NCBI RefSeq assembly: GCF_963921235.1 | Contig: NC_086108.1 | Span: 94,242,001-94,306,000, forward strand | Source: Mobula hypostoma | Lineage: Eukaryota | Direction of reading: 5' to 3' | Length of the DNA stretch: 64,000 bases | In this document: positions 50,826 through 62,552 of the stretch, one piece after another | Layout: each line of letters begins with the position of its first letter | Position numbering within the stretch: the first letter of the stretch is position 1 | Translations under genes and position numbers: made by a program | Notes under the pieces: generated by a model | Told to the model about the DNA's origin: nothing | Databases searched by the model: none | The model's input: only the letters and a program-made list of their open reading frames with translations

Positions 50826-53800
50826 TAGACCAGTAATTTCCCAACAACAAATGTTAACCTAAGGGTCTATTATCAAGGATCAGCTTAATTCACTAAGTAT
50901 ATTTACATGTATTAGGAAATTGACATGGTGCATTGGTGCTACATGTAACAAAAAGCAACATTCAACAATTATGTAGAATAAAGGATTATATAAAGTTAGA
51001 AGTACAGATATGGAATAAAATGAGCACAATACATAAATACTGGTACGTATTTAGAATGTAAACAGCATTATAAAAAGTGATTTTAAGTGTTTACAGTGTA
51101 GTGCAATGACTGAGGTAACAAACAAATGGTGGTGGCAATGGGAGGCTATCTAGAATGGTTGATCAAGTTAAGTTCCAGTAGGATGGCAGCACCCTCAAAT
51201 GCAGCAGCCACTCAGGGTCTAATCAAAGGTGCACGTGATCATCTTGTAAGTCTTTTTTTACAACTGCAGGTCTCTGCTGGATACTAAGAACATCAAGTAC
51301 TAAAGGACTATCCCATCAGCAAGTTGCTTAATAGCGATGGAGCTAGACTTACTGTGTACAATTGTTGTGTTGTCACCTAGACTTGTTGCATACTGTTGTG
51401 CTGAGATGGTGTGCAATCCAACAAGCTGAGCGAATGATTATCTTGGACATTTTTATTGGGATCGCAAGACCTTGTTGGGCATTGGTAACTTAGAATACTA
51501 CAAGTTTGTTCATTGGTGAGACCGACAACAGGGGTACTGTGTTGCCTCTGTTATACCAAGGACCTGATCTTGGTTGCGGAGTTGCCTTGAACACAGCGAT
51601 CTGTTGCAGTCATCCAGGGGCCCTTTGCTGGGCGCACTGGAGTCATGCCAGGTTGGAGAGCTGCCCTCCAGTGTTTGCTCAGTGGAAGAACAAGCTCGAC
51701 CAGGACAACTTGGCAGTCATGTCATTCAGGTACTTGGGCTAATTTTTTTTTGTGACTACATGATTTTCTGAACTCATAAGTATATGTGTTATTTGTGCCA
51801 TGTGCTATGTGCTGTTGGTAATGTGTTCAACCTGCTCCTCGGCCAGAGAGGAACACTGTTTCATTAGGCTATATTCATGTATGGTTGAATGATAATTAAA
51901 TTTGAACTACCCGGGGAAGAAACTTATTCCTGGAAACTCCCTTCCACCTTTTTTTTTTAAAAATGAGGAAATAACTTGAACAAATTTCCAAGCTGAAAGG
52001 ATCAGTTCCCAAATTATAATATTTAAGTTTAAACACCTTCGAAGGTTCTTTTAAATCTCAAGATCGAAGCCACATTATCCTGGCGATTGATTATTCTTTA
52101 ATCGATTTGTACTTTCTTTAAAACACCCAAGGTTAAAAACATCTGGTTCTGCATACTGACTATTCTTCAGTTTTCTTCACAGTGTACTTCGTTCAGATTA
52201 ATTATGGCAGAATTACATTCCAATTCAAATTTTAGATTCCATGAATTATCAACAGGCTGTCCAATTCCTTCACAGCATAATACATTACAGTGCCGCAGAG
52301 TGCTAATTTTCATGGCATTTATACTAGGATATGCCTGCCTATGACAATGAAGCCAAACTTGAATAATTTTTCAGTAGGTACCAAATTTATTCCTATTTAC
52401 AATATTACCATTAGTCTTCAGAGGCTTACTTTGCTTGACCACCCTTTTTTTTTGTAAAATAATTGTGGAAGTTTTCATTCCCCTGAATTTCTTGCGTTTC
52501 TTTTCCCCACTTGCTACTGGTAGCCAACAATACCTATTCTGTCAATACTTGTTATTTCCTCATATCATTCTTGGCCATGAGGAACTGTGTTGATTTTTAA
52601 AATGCTTCTCCTCCCCACCCTACATTCATTTTAAGCTGATTCTCATTTCTTTAGATTCTTTGGTAAGAAGAGCTCTTCTTTCTTAAGGATATAAGTTGTT
52701 TCTGCATCACATTAAATTTTTTTTTCAAAAGCTTTCACTGATCGAATGTTACTTTAACCATCTACAGATTTGACTGTTAGTCTGTCATTTTACATGGAAT
52801 AGTCTTACCTATATCTAGAATCAGAGAACACATTTTGTTTTTCTTCCTTTCAGTCAATACAGGAAGCATCATAGTATGATTGCTATCAGAAAAATACTCA
52901 TACATTGTTCAGCTATAATTAAATCTGGCAAATAGCTTACTCCTACAACCAACATTATACATTCCCTTATTCATTTGGGATTTCTTCATTCATAGATTTT
53001 TTTTTGCACTACCTTACTTTCCATTTTTCTATTTTCTATTTATGATTTACAATTTAAATTTTTAATATTTACTAATTTTTGCTATTTTTAATATTTAATA
53101 TTTGTAATCCAGGGAGTGGGAAGCGCAGAATCAAATATCACGGTGATGATTGTACATTCTAGTATCAATTGTTTGGCCACAATAAAGTATAAAGTTTCTT
53201 AATCTATCCCAACAAACCCTTGTTATTTTAAACATTTTGATTTGATTACACACTCAAGGGAATACAAAACCATTCTGTATAATTTAAACCTTCACTGCAG
53301 CTGGAATTATCTAAAGAATCTTCACTGTACCCTTTCCACAGTTGATGTATCTTTCGTAAAGCATTATCACCAAATAATGAAGTACCACAATAAAAAAATA
53401 AAATGCTGGAAATATTCATCAGGCAGCATCCATGATCCCAAAAAAGTCACTGAATTGAAACATTAACTAGTTTGCTACACAAGGATGATATTCCAGCATT
53501 TTTGTTCCTCTTCTAGTCATAGTTTTAGCATCCAGTTAATTGCTTTTCAAATATTGACTATTGGCTGGCTTGGTTAAAATTTGTTGCATTTCTCCTATAA
53601 GTGGACCATAAGTACATGGGTTGTTAGTACTGCCCATATTCTAAAATTCAGTTATGTATTTATTGCTATTTCTAATAGTGAACTTTTAAAAGTGCATATA
53701 GACAACTTTCACAGAAAGGATCCTCACTATGGTAGTAATAATCTGAAAAAGAAATTCAACCAAGTTGGTCAGAACCCACAATGACCCTGACCAGCCAGTT

Positions 53801-53998
53801 CTTACCAAGTACCCAGCCAGTCACAGTAGGACTAAAGGGCAATTCTAGTTACTTTCCTGACAATTAACTACAAACCTATCAGTGTATTAACTTAGTTTCT
53901 CTATAACCTCCTCCTGTGATATGGAGTTAACATTGTAAGTAGATTATAGCGACGTAATTAATACAAAACTGCTGGTTCCAAAGGAAACACAAATTTAC

Positions 53999-54199
53999 CT
54001 TGTTTTTCTTGCCAAAAAGCCATAGCTTCCCTTTGCTTTTTGCTGCTGTATATTTTTGGTCTCCCCTTGTCTCTTGTTTATGTGCACTCAGACTGCCATC
54101 CGAAACTGCCCTATAAATATTCTGACTGAAGTCTTCAAATGGAAAATCTCCGGGTGGTTCAAAACCAGATTTGAATGATTCCACTACTATCAAGGAGTC
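53999..54199 (-). CDS. FNBP1L: FNBP1L exon (F-BAR C-terminal extension)
   Basis: ttcatAG|gactcc...aacaag|GTaaat. Encodes [67 protein letters not shown]. 201 nt. Confidence 0.96.
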
Positions 54200-54439
54200 C
54201 TATGAAGAAAACAACAGATTTCTAAACGCAAGCACTTTCTGACGGGAGACAATTGCAAAAGGCAATATACAAGTGACAATGCCGCAACTGAGCATGACAG
54301 TGTGGAGATACATTTTGATCAAGTGAAACATCACAACCAAACCCAGTTCTGATCTTGTCCACAGATTGACCACAGATTGGAGTAGAAGGCCCCAGGGCAT
54401 TGAGCCTCTCTTAATTCTGACCCGAGTTATAGATCAAAA

Positions 54440-54895
54440 CTGGAAGCTAAAATGAAACACAACATCAGCAGGAATATCTGTAATACAAGAAACAGAATTA
54501 ACAGTTCAGGACAAGGACCTTTCATCAGAACTGGGAAAGCAACAAGTAATGTCCTTGTATTTCTATCCATCTGGTGTAATCCATTTGGTTTTACAATGTG
54601 GCTCTCTCAACAATGGAGAAACCAAATGTAGATTGGGTGCCTGTGGCTGTCTGTGGGAAGATAAACCTCAGGGTTATATACTGCATACATACTTTGATAA
54701 TAAACGTACTTTAATTCTTTCAATCTTTGCTTTGTGGAGCACACTTGCACACACGACTCCTGATGAAGGGTCTCAGCCTGAAATGTCGACTGATCATTCC
54801 TTGCCATAGACGCTGCCGGACCTGCTGAGCCCTTCCAGCATTTTGTCTGTGTTACTCTGCGTCTGCAGAATCTCCTGTGTTTATACCTCTTTGTC
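54440..54895. mobile_element. Penelope-like remnants: inverted pseudo-LTRs around a GIY-YIG trace
   Basis: SGVIH...CGSLNNGETKCRLG in ORF 54549-54809. CTGATGA on the minus strand (54522-54528) and on the plus strand (54760-54766). Confidence 0.7.
54756..54791 (+). ncRNA. Decayed minimal type I hammerhead ribozyme motif
   Basis: actc-CTGATGA-agg gtctcag cct-GAAA-tGTC-gact: both conserved core boxes present, short helix II, helix I with one mismatch. Confidence 0.6.
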
Positions 54896-55079
54896 ATGTG
54901 TAATTGCCAATTAATAACTTCTCCCCAAAGCAACATTAGCCTCAAAAGTTCAAAGATATTCCTCTTGTTCTCTCTATTCCTGTGTTCCCCCTCCCCCCCA
55001 AAATCTCCTTAGCAACTTGTGACTTTTTTTGTTGAAACATCTTTGGGCTGAAATATCAATTCCGCTTTTATGTCTACAG

Positions 55080-58000
55080 CAGGGGCGTATCTACGGAAAA
55101 TAGCACCTATGGCAAGCACTGCAATTGCGCCCCGTCCAAACATCTGACACCCATCTTTTAGATAACTTTACTATAATATCAGCTCAAAAATAAAAGTCAA
55201 GCTCATTAATCTTTTAATTAACAAATTATGGCACTACATGAAAATTATAACTGCACCTTCCTTGCTTTCACTGATGCAAATTGGTCTACGATGTGATCAA
55301 AGTCAGCTTTTTCAGTTTCTTCTCTTTCTACACTCAGCAGAGCAAGATCACAGAGTCTGCCTTGACCCATGGAGGCTCTCAAATACGAAAGTACAGTATT
55401 AGTTTTAACTTGCTGAATGATCTCTCACAGCTGGCAATGGAAACTGTGATGGTTAGCATTATCTGAATAGCAATGTGAAGATTGGGGAAGACGCTCTCAT
55501 CTCCATACTGAACAATAAATTCAAGAAGCTCTTCAGGTCTTGATATTTTCTTGTTGACCCACCTTGATAGCAACATTTTGCAATCCAAAATTTCTTATAG
55601 CTGCTGTCCATCAACAGAGCTGTACAATTCGCCCAAATCTTCACACTTCTTTAGGTCGTTACTGTCAGCACCGTAACAGACTCCCTCGACATCGAGAAGG
55701 AACCCTAACTTAGTGTCAGCGTCATGCAAACGAGAGAACCTTTCATCCATTTCTCTGTGAAGACGGTCGAGTGTTCCCTTCATGACTCTTTCCATTTCCT
55801 CCATAGCTGTTAATCCAGCGTCTCTCGAGTTCTCATCAGCTATTCGTTTCTTTCGTCTCTGACGCCTTTCAACTTCAATATTCCATTCTTAACAGAGACT
55901 GACTCCTTCTTCGAGTGACTCACTGACCAACACTTCTCTTTCATCATAAAAATTATCTCGGAGGGCTTTCAAATCCAGGGCAGCATCGTGGAAGCTCATG
56001 CTAGGATCCTGCAGCATGTTTTGTATACAGTCAATGCGAATGAGTAATTTGTCTCCAAAATCCTAGCAAAATCAGAAAATGGTAACTCAACATACAGTTG
56101 TACAGCTGCCTTGCGTGACTTCTAGTTTCACTGGTCTCGTTTTCATTGTCTATCATGTCCTGAAGTACTTGAAGTATCGCCTCAAGGTACTTGTTGACGG
56201 GCTTCACTGCTTCTGTCCTTGCACTCCACCTGGTTTTGGACTCTGACTTAACAACCACAGGCACGGCGTTTTTGAGTTTTTCCCAGCGCTGTGTTGAACG
56301 AGAGAAAAACATGTAGAGAGCTTTGATGGTTCCAAAAAATGTGACCATCACTGTATCCTGCTTGGCTGCATGTACACCCACCAAATTGAGTGAGTGATTG
56401 TCGCAATTCACAAACACTGCCAGGTTGTTTTTCTCACTTATTCTTTGATGAATACCACTTCTCAGCCATCACAGCAGCATTGTCATAGCACTGTGACCGA
56501 CAATCTTGTAGCTCCATTTCGTCCTTCTCTAGCTGTTTCAAGATGTCTTCAACCAAGCTCTCAGCAGCCTTCTGGTTTATCTGGATAAAACTAAGGAAGG
56601 ACTCTCTAACATCGACTGTTTTCCTCTCAAAATTAACTTCCATATATCTCACTACTTCTGACATCTGCTCACTGTGGGCCTGATCAGGAGTCGAGTCGAA
56701 CGTGAGACCATAGTACTTGGCTTTACGAACGTTTCTCAGTAAACTCTGGCGAACAGTGGATGCCATCATGTGGATGAATTCGTTCTGAACACCCGGTGAA
56801 AGGTATGATGTGGATTCAGGATGACTTTCCAAATGAGTGAGGTGTTCTTTTATGACAGGGTCAAAGATGGCCAGTAGTTTCAGCAAGCCAAGGAAATTTC
56901 CCCCATTGGAGTCATCGTCTAGCTGAAGTGACTCCCTGTGTCCTCGCAAAGCCAGGTTCTGAGTCGCAAGGAATTTTATGCAGTGAAGGATTCTCATCAA
57001 GCTATCACGCCACTTCTGCTTTTCCTCCTCAATCTGTGACTGAAATACCACGTCAATAATCCTCTGTTTCCAGCTAAATTTCGTTCCATTTCTTTCCACT
57101 GTGTAAAGCATTCCCGATGATTCTTGGCATTTTCATGAACACTAATCCTTTCAGGTGCTTTCCACTGGTTGAATCCACTTTCCTGCTCCAATGAGGATTG
57201 ATGGTCTGACTGGGAATAGAGAAGACAACAGATACAAATTGCAGACTTTTTAGAAGGCGAACAGACCAGCTATGAGCGAGTCACTTCCTCACCACGACCA
57301 TTTCCCAATTTCCTCTTGAACCAGGTTTTGTTCATTGAGCAGTTATTTGTTGGTAGGAAAGGCCCCTCACTGTTCTGGAAATACTTCAAACCCAGCTTTA
57401 TTATTTCTGCTCTCAAGGCGTCAGGCAGAATTGCTTTTCTAGTATCCTTGTCGAACTTCAGAAGCCCAATGTCATGCTGTTCAATCACTTCTGGTATGAC
57501 AGTTCGAGGCTCTTTGAGACCATCCAATTCACTAGATTCAGTGTCATCAGGTTTAATCTCGTCAACAAACTCAACATCACCACCACCACCATCGTCTCCC
57601 CCTCCTGTCATCCACGTTCTCTGTGGCAGCCTCACTCTTAATCTCGTCATACTCGGATTTATCTGATTTGACTTCCTCCTCGACTTGTGACGCATTTGTA
57701 CTTGATCCACCTTCGGATTCTAACAAACTTGTAGCAGGTGCTGGCGACTCCATAGAACATTTCGAACTACTTGTTCCGGGCTTTTCAAAGAAGGACATGA
57801 AGAACTTGCTCGACTTCTTGTCTTCCTCCACCTCCAACTTTCGTCTCTTCCATCCTTCAGCTCCACTTTCCTTCTTCGTGAAGAAACGTTTCATGGTCTT
57901 CTTACACAATGCTCTGAAATAAGGCCATCCTAGTGCTTCACCCATGATAAGCAAAGACAGATCATACATCTGAAGAAAATTCTTTTTTCACTATCCAAGG

Positions 58001-58099
58001 ACGGCTTGTCTGACTTTAATAGAAACTGCTCAGTGGCGCCCCCCTTCAAGTGGTGCCCAGGGCACGTGCCATACCTGCCATACCTTAGATACACCACTG
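55080..58099 (-). mobile_element. Full-length hAT transposon (Tip100/ZMYM1-DUF4371-like transposase), frameshifted
   Basis: 8-bp TSD gtctacag (55072-55079) / gtctaaag (58100-58107). TIRs CAGGGGCGTATCTA / CAGTGGTGTATCTA. ORF pieces with QNLALRGHRE, GNFLGLL, YLSPGVQNEFI, FDSTPDQAH, QCYDNAAVM, CDNHSLNL, TRWSAR and SIASCERSFSKLKLI. Confidence 0.95.
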
Positions 58100-59023
58100 G
58101 TCTAAAGATACCACCTGATCTGATGATCATTTCCAGTATTTAGTGTTTTGTTTCCCATTTCCAGCAACTGTTTTTACTTTTCAATGAAATTTGAAGCTTT
58201 TGGCTTGTTGCATATGCTTTTAACTAATTGTCTCATTCAGAAACACATGTCCAGAAATTAGAGCATTGAGCAGTACAGCACAGTATGGGCCCATCAGTTC
58301 ACAATGTTGTGCCAACCTTTAAGCAGTAGAACATTATTAAACATTGTTAAACACATTTTTGAAACACGTCAAAATAACAAAATATAGTTTTAAAAATTTG
58401 TTACAATTGATGTTAGTTTTTTCAATTTTTACAAGACAGAACAGAGCTACTTCTCCAACCAACTTTCTGACCTGTAATTAAACCCATTTTTTTTTATATA
58501 AGTTTACATTATATTGGCTTTATCATTTCCAACGTCTCCACTGCCTGTTTTTTTAAATTTACTGTTGAACTGAAATGTGAAACATTTCTATAGCAAAAGG
58601 CCAGGTAGATAAAATAGTCAGATCTATAAACGACATTACTCCATTCTACCCATGAACAGATCTTTCATAATATGCAAGTTCAAAAATGTGTTGGGGGGTG
58701 TTGGGAACAGAAGGAGTTATTAAGTAACTGCACTTTTTGGCAGGTTTCAGATTTTAACAGTAGATTACGTAATTCCTAAATTTCATTCTCCAATTCATTA
58801 GTCTTTATTTTTATATGCTTTTCTACCCCCGCTTCAAATCAGCCCAGCCTCTTTAGTCAGTCCAGCCCCTCCACCCTCAATCCATCCCCAAATCCTTTAT
58901 ACTATGTGCTAGCTTGAGAGTAGACCCGAGTAGGTCAGGTTCTCAGTAGTAACCTTGTAAAGCAATTAATTGATCAAGGTAATTATTTTACATGCTTTCT
59001 TTGTAATTCTCCATAACACATAC

Positions 59024-59170
59024 TTTCCGCTCATCCACAGACTTTGCAGCACTGATCATTCCTTCCAAACACTTATTGATAATTGGAACAACCCTACGTT
59101 CAGCTTCTGCAAATCCTCTGTAACACTCGCTCAACTTTACAATTCTTCGCTCATCCATGTCTTGTAAGTT
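59024..59170 (-). CDS. FNBP1L: FNBP1L exon (F-BAR domain)
   Basis: tttgcAG|aactta...cggaaa|GTatgt. Encodes NLQDMDERRIVKLSECYRGFAEAERRVVPIINKCLEGMISAAKSVDERK. 147 nt. Confidence 0.96.
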
Positions 59171-60054
59171 CTGCAAAAACAAATTCTCATTTAGGAAACA
59201 CTATAAACTTGCTTTCATACATTAAACTACACTTCATATGTGATGTGCATAATGTCTATAAATATAGACTGTGTGGGAAGTAATTAAAGGTTGTGGAAAG
59301 CAAAATACCAGAAAGGAAGAAGGTAGGGAAAAGAGATAAATTTCTGATGGATAATTGGAGGCCTAAGATTTATTTTAAGGTTATACCAGTGTTTATCTGG
59401 CATTCTTGAAAGCAAGTTGAATGGTCACATTTTGGAATCCTAATCGAAGGCTCTGATAAGTTGATATAAATACAGGTCTCTCCAATTAATGAAACAGTTT
59501 GGAAAGTATAATTTGGTATAGAGGAAGGAAAGGTAAACACTTAACTTTTGTTGGGATATCATTTGATGTGGATGGTGAGAAAATTCAGATGTTATTTATT
59601 CTCTTGCTAGTAAGGATGCAGCACATCAAAAGCATATCACACTAAAACATTCAAGCTGAGGCATACAAGTGATTAACTGATGGCTAGGTGGAAGACACAG
59701 GTGCTGAAGAAAGGTCTTTAATCCCCCATTTTAGAAAGCTTGTTTATTTCACACACTCCTTTCTATTAACTCAATCAGAAACACTAGATTTTAAATGGAC
59801 ATGTTTGAAAGATGGCGTCCAAATTTGTTCCCACCTTTGTAAAGCAACAAATTAAACAAAAACATTTGCTGTTGGGAATGTTTTCTATATCTGGGGGGAT
59901 CTGTAACTTGCCACCTCTGATGGACAGGCATACTGTACTCATTTTTAAAAACTAATTTAACTTTGTGTTGTCTGAAGGTTTCATAAAAAGCTACTTTGAG
60001 CTAAATTTTACACATTTACACTGTGCTATTACATTCATAACACAATATTAAAGA

Positions 60055-60617
60055 AATGGTGTCAGGGAGGGGTAGCATCTCTGGTGGGGGAACATGTCGC
60101 ATCCTTTTCAAGGCGGTTAGTCCACCTTTGGTCCCCACCTGGCACTCAGCTCTCACCTGTGGCTCCCCGTAGCTGTTTGCATGCAACAGCGGCCACACCC
60201 TGGGCAATGGCTTCGACAAGCCAGCTAAACCAGGTGAGGGTAGCCGACGGGTCTCAAACCCTCGGTGAGATAGGGAGTTGTCTATCCCAGCATGTGAAGA
60301 CAGACTCCGGCGAATTGAGCGGACGAGACCAATGGAAGGTCCAACGGTCAAGAAGGCGGTTTCTGCAAGCGTCGTGGAACGTGTAGAGCAGGACAAGACA
60401 CAGAAGATGTCCTGGTCATCCACTGCGCTTAGTCCCATCTCCAGCTGTCTAGACTCTGTCTTGCCACTGGATCCAGATGGGAATTGGGAAGAGAGAGTGA
60501 GGCTGACGCTGCGCAACTCTCCCTCACTTAAATCCAAATCACGCGCTAGTCTCGACACCATCATAATGGTGTCGAGGTCCTCATCGACGTCACGATGGAC
60601 GAACGACAACAACAACA
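60055..60617 (+). mobile_element. Non-autonomous RTE-type retroposon (5'UTR-like head plus (ACA)n tail)
   Basis: 8-bp TSD attaaaga (60047-60054, 60618-60625). GC/CpG-rich. Head resembles recalled RTE 5'UTRs. Tail acaacaacaaca. No RT coding sequence. Confidence 0.75.
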
Positions 60618-60675
60618 ATTAAAGACAAACAGATGCATTTTGTAAAGATGACCCAGGAAAACAAATACAGTATAC

Positions 60676-60804
60676 CTTAAAAATCTGAGGCATGATGAAT
60701 TGGAAATGTTTCTGTTGTTCACTGTTAAAGTTCTGCAGCTGAGCAGCATATTCATTTTTACTATCATCAGCCATGTGGGTCCGTAGGTTTAATTGTTGCT
60801 TGGC
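60676..60804 (-). CDS. FNBP1L: FNBP1L exon (F-BAR domain), most 5' exon found in the window
   Basis: tattcccAG|gccaag...tttttaag|GTatac. Encodes AKQQLNLRTHMADDSKNEYAAQLQNFNSEQQKHFQFIMPQIFK. 129 nt. Confidence 0.96.
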
Positions 60805-61412
60805 CTGGGAATACAAAAGATGAAATTGTCAGCCACCTTTTTGGGTATTTTGAGCTGGAGATGTTTTAGAACCTTCCTGTTATCACCATGTCACGCACAG
60901 AATAGAAATACATTTGGAGAACAATTCTCCACTGAGCCACAGAAAAAATTTCACCAATGTTCCTGTCCGGTGTCAACCCAAATTAATAAAATACAGAAGT
61001 GCTGCTGGCAAGTTCAAGAACCTAATGATAGATGCTTGAATACAAAACCTCAGCACTGTCAATGTATTAGGTCATTCTTTATACATATAATCCATCTCCT
61101 AAGTTCTCTCAAAAGATGGTATTAAGCAGCTACCTTGATCCATTGCAGTCATTCTGGTGAAAGTACTACAGCAATTTTTCTGAGTAATCTGTTCCAGGAT
61201 ATAAACTTATTAATGATAAAGGAACAGCAATTTACTTCCAGGTCAGGAGGGTGTAGGGCTTGGAGGGGAACATGCAGGTGGTGGTGTTCCTATCTGCCTG
61301 AAACAATCCCTGCTTGATAGGAAAGGCCACATGTTTGGTAAGTGCAGCAATGTAGATCAGGTGATGCAGTACACATTGAAGCCATGGAGAGAATAAATAT
61401 TTAGGATGGTGA

Positions 61413-62552
61413 TACATAGAAACATAGAAAACCTACAGCACAATACAGGCCCTTTGGCCCACAGAGTTGTGCCGAACATGTCCCTACCTTAGAAATTACT
61501 AGGGTTACCCATAGCCCTCTATTTTTTTAAGCTCCATGTACCTATCCAAAAGTCTCTTAAAAGACCCTACCATATCTGCCTCCACCACTACTGCCAGCAG
61601 CCCATTCCATGCACTCACCACTCTGAGTAAAAAACTTACTCCTGACATCTCCTCTGTACCTATTCCCAAGCACCTTAAACCTGTGCCCTCTTGTGGCAGC
61701 CATTTCAGCCCTGGGAAAAAGCCTCTGATTATCCACATGATCAATGCCTCTCATCATCTTGTACACCTCTATCAGGTCACCTCTCATCCTCCATCGCTCC
61801 AAGGAGAAAGGGCTGAGTTCACTCAACCTGTTTTCATAAGGCATGCTCCCTAAATCCAGGCAACATCCTTGTAAGTCTCCTCTGCACCTTTTCTATGGTT
61901 TCCACAACCTTCCTCTAGTGAGGCGACCAGAAATGAGCACAGATCTCCAAGTGGGGTCTGACCAGGGTCCTCTATAGCTGCAACATTACCTCTCGGCTCC
62001 TAAATTCAATTCCACGATTGATGAAGGCCAATACACCGTATGCCTTCTTAACCACAGAGTCAACCTGTGCAGCTGCTTTGCGCGTCCTATGGACTCGGAC
62101 CACAAGATCCCTCTGATCTTTCACACTGCCAAGAGTCTTACCATTAATACCATATTTTGCCATCATATTTGACCTACCAAAATGAACCATTTCACACTTA
62201 CCCCAGTTGAACTCCATCTGCCACTTCTCAGCCCAGTTTTGCATCCTATCAATGTCCCGCTGCAACCTCTGACAGCACTCTACACTATCCACAACACCCT
62301 CAACCTTTGTGTCATCAGCAAACTTACTAACCCATCCCTCCACTTCCTCATCCAGGTCATTTATAAACATCACTAAGAGTAAGGGTTCCAGAACAGATCC
62401 CTGAGGCACACCACTGGTCACCGGCCTCCGTGCAGAATATGAGCCGTCTACAACCACTCTTTGCCTTCTATGGGCAAGACAGTTCTGGATCCACAAAGCA
62501 ACGTCCCCTTGGATCTCATGCCTCTTTACTTTCTCAACAAGTCTTGCATGTC
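61413..62552 (-). mobile_element. CR1 LINE 3' fragment
   Basis: ORFs 61972-62496 (GVPQGSVLEP, KFADDTK), 61557-61844 and 61505-61744. (TTTCTATG)n tail. Confidence 0.92.

Noticed and set aside
55330..57900. Domesticated ZMYM1-like host gene
   Set aside because: Multiple frameshifts plus intact TIRs and TSD indicate a transposon copy.
60140..60200. HDV-like ribozyme at ggc-tccccgt-agc
   Set aside because: P3 does not pair and P1/P2/P1.1 could not be assigned by eye. An RNArobo or Infernal search would be needed.
60016..60618. 200-aa minus-strand ORF (and 114-aa plus-strand ORF) next to an FNBP1L exon, as a novel gene or fusion exon
   Set aside because: It lies almost entirely within a GC-rich TSD-flanked retroposon and has no recognisable domain. 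Read-through from the exon stops at 60619-60621 before reaching it.
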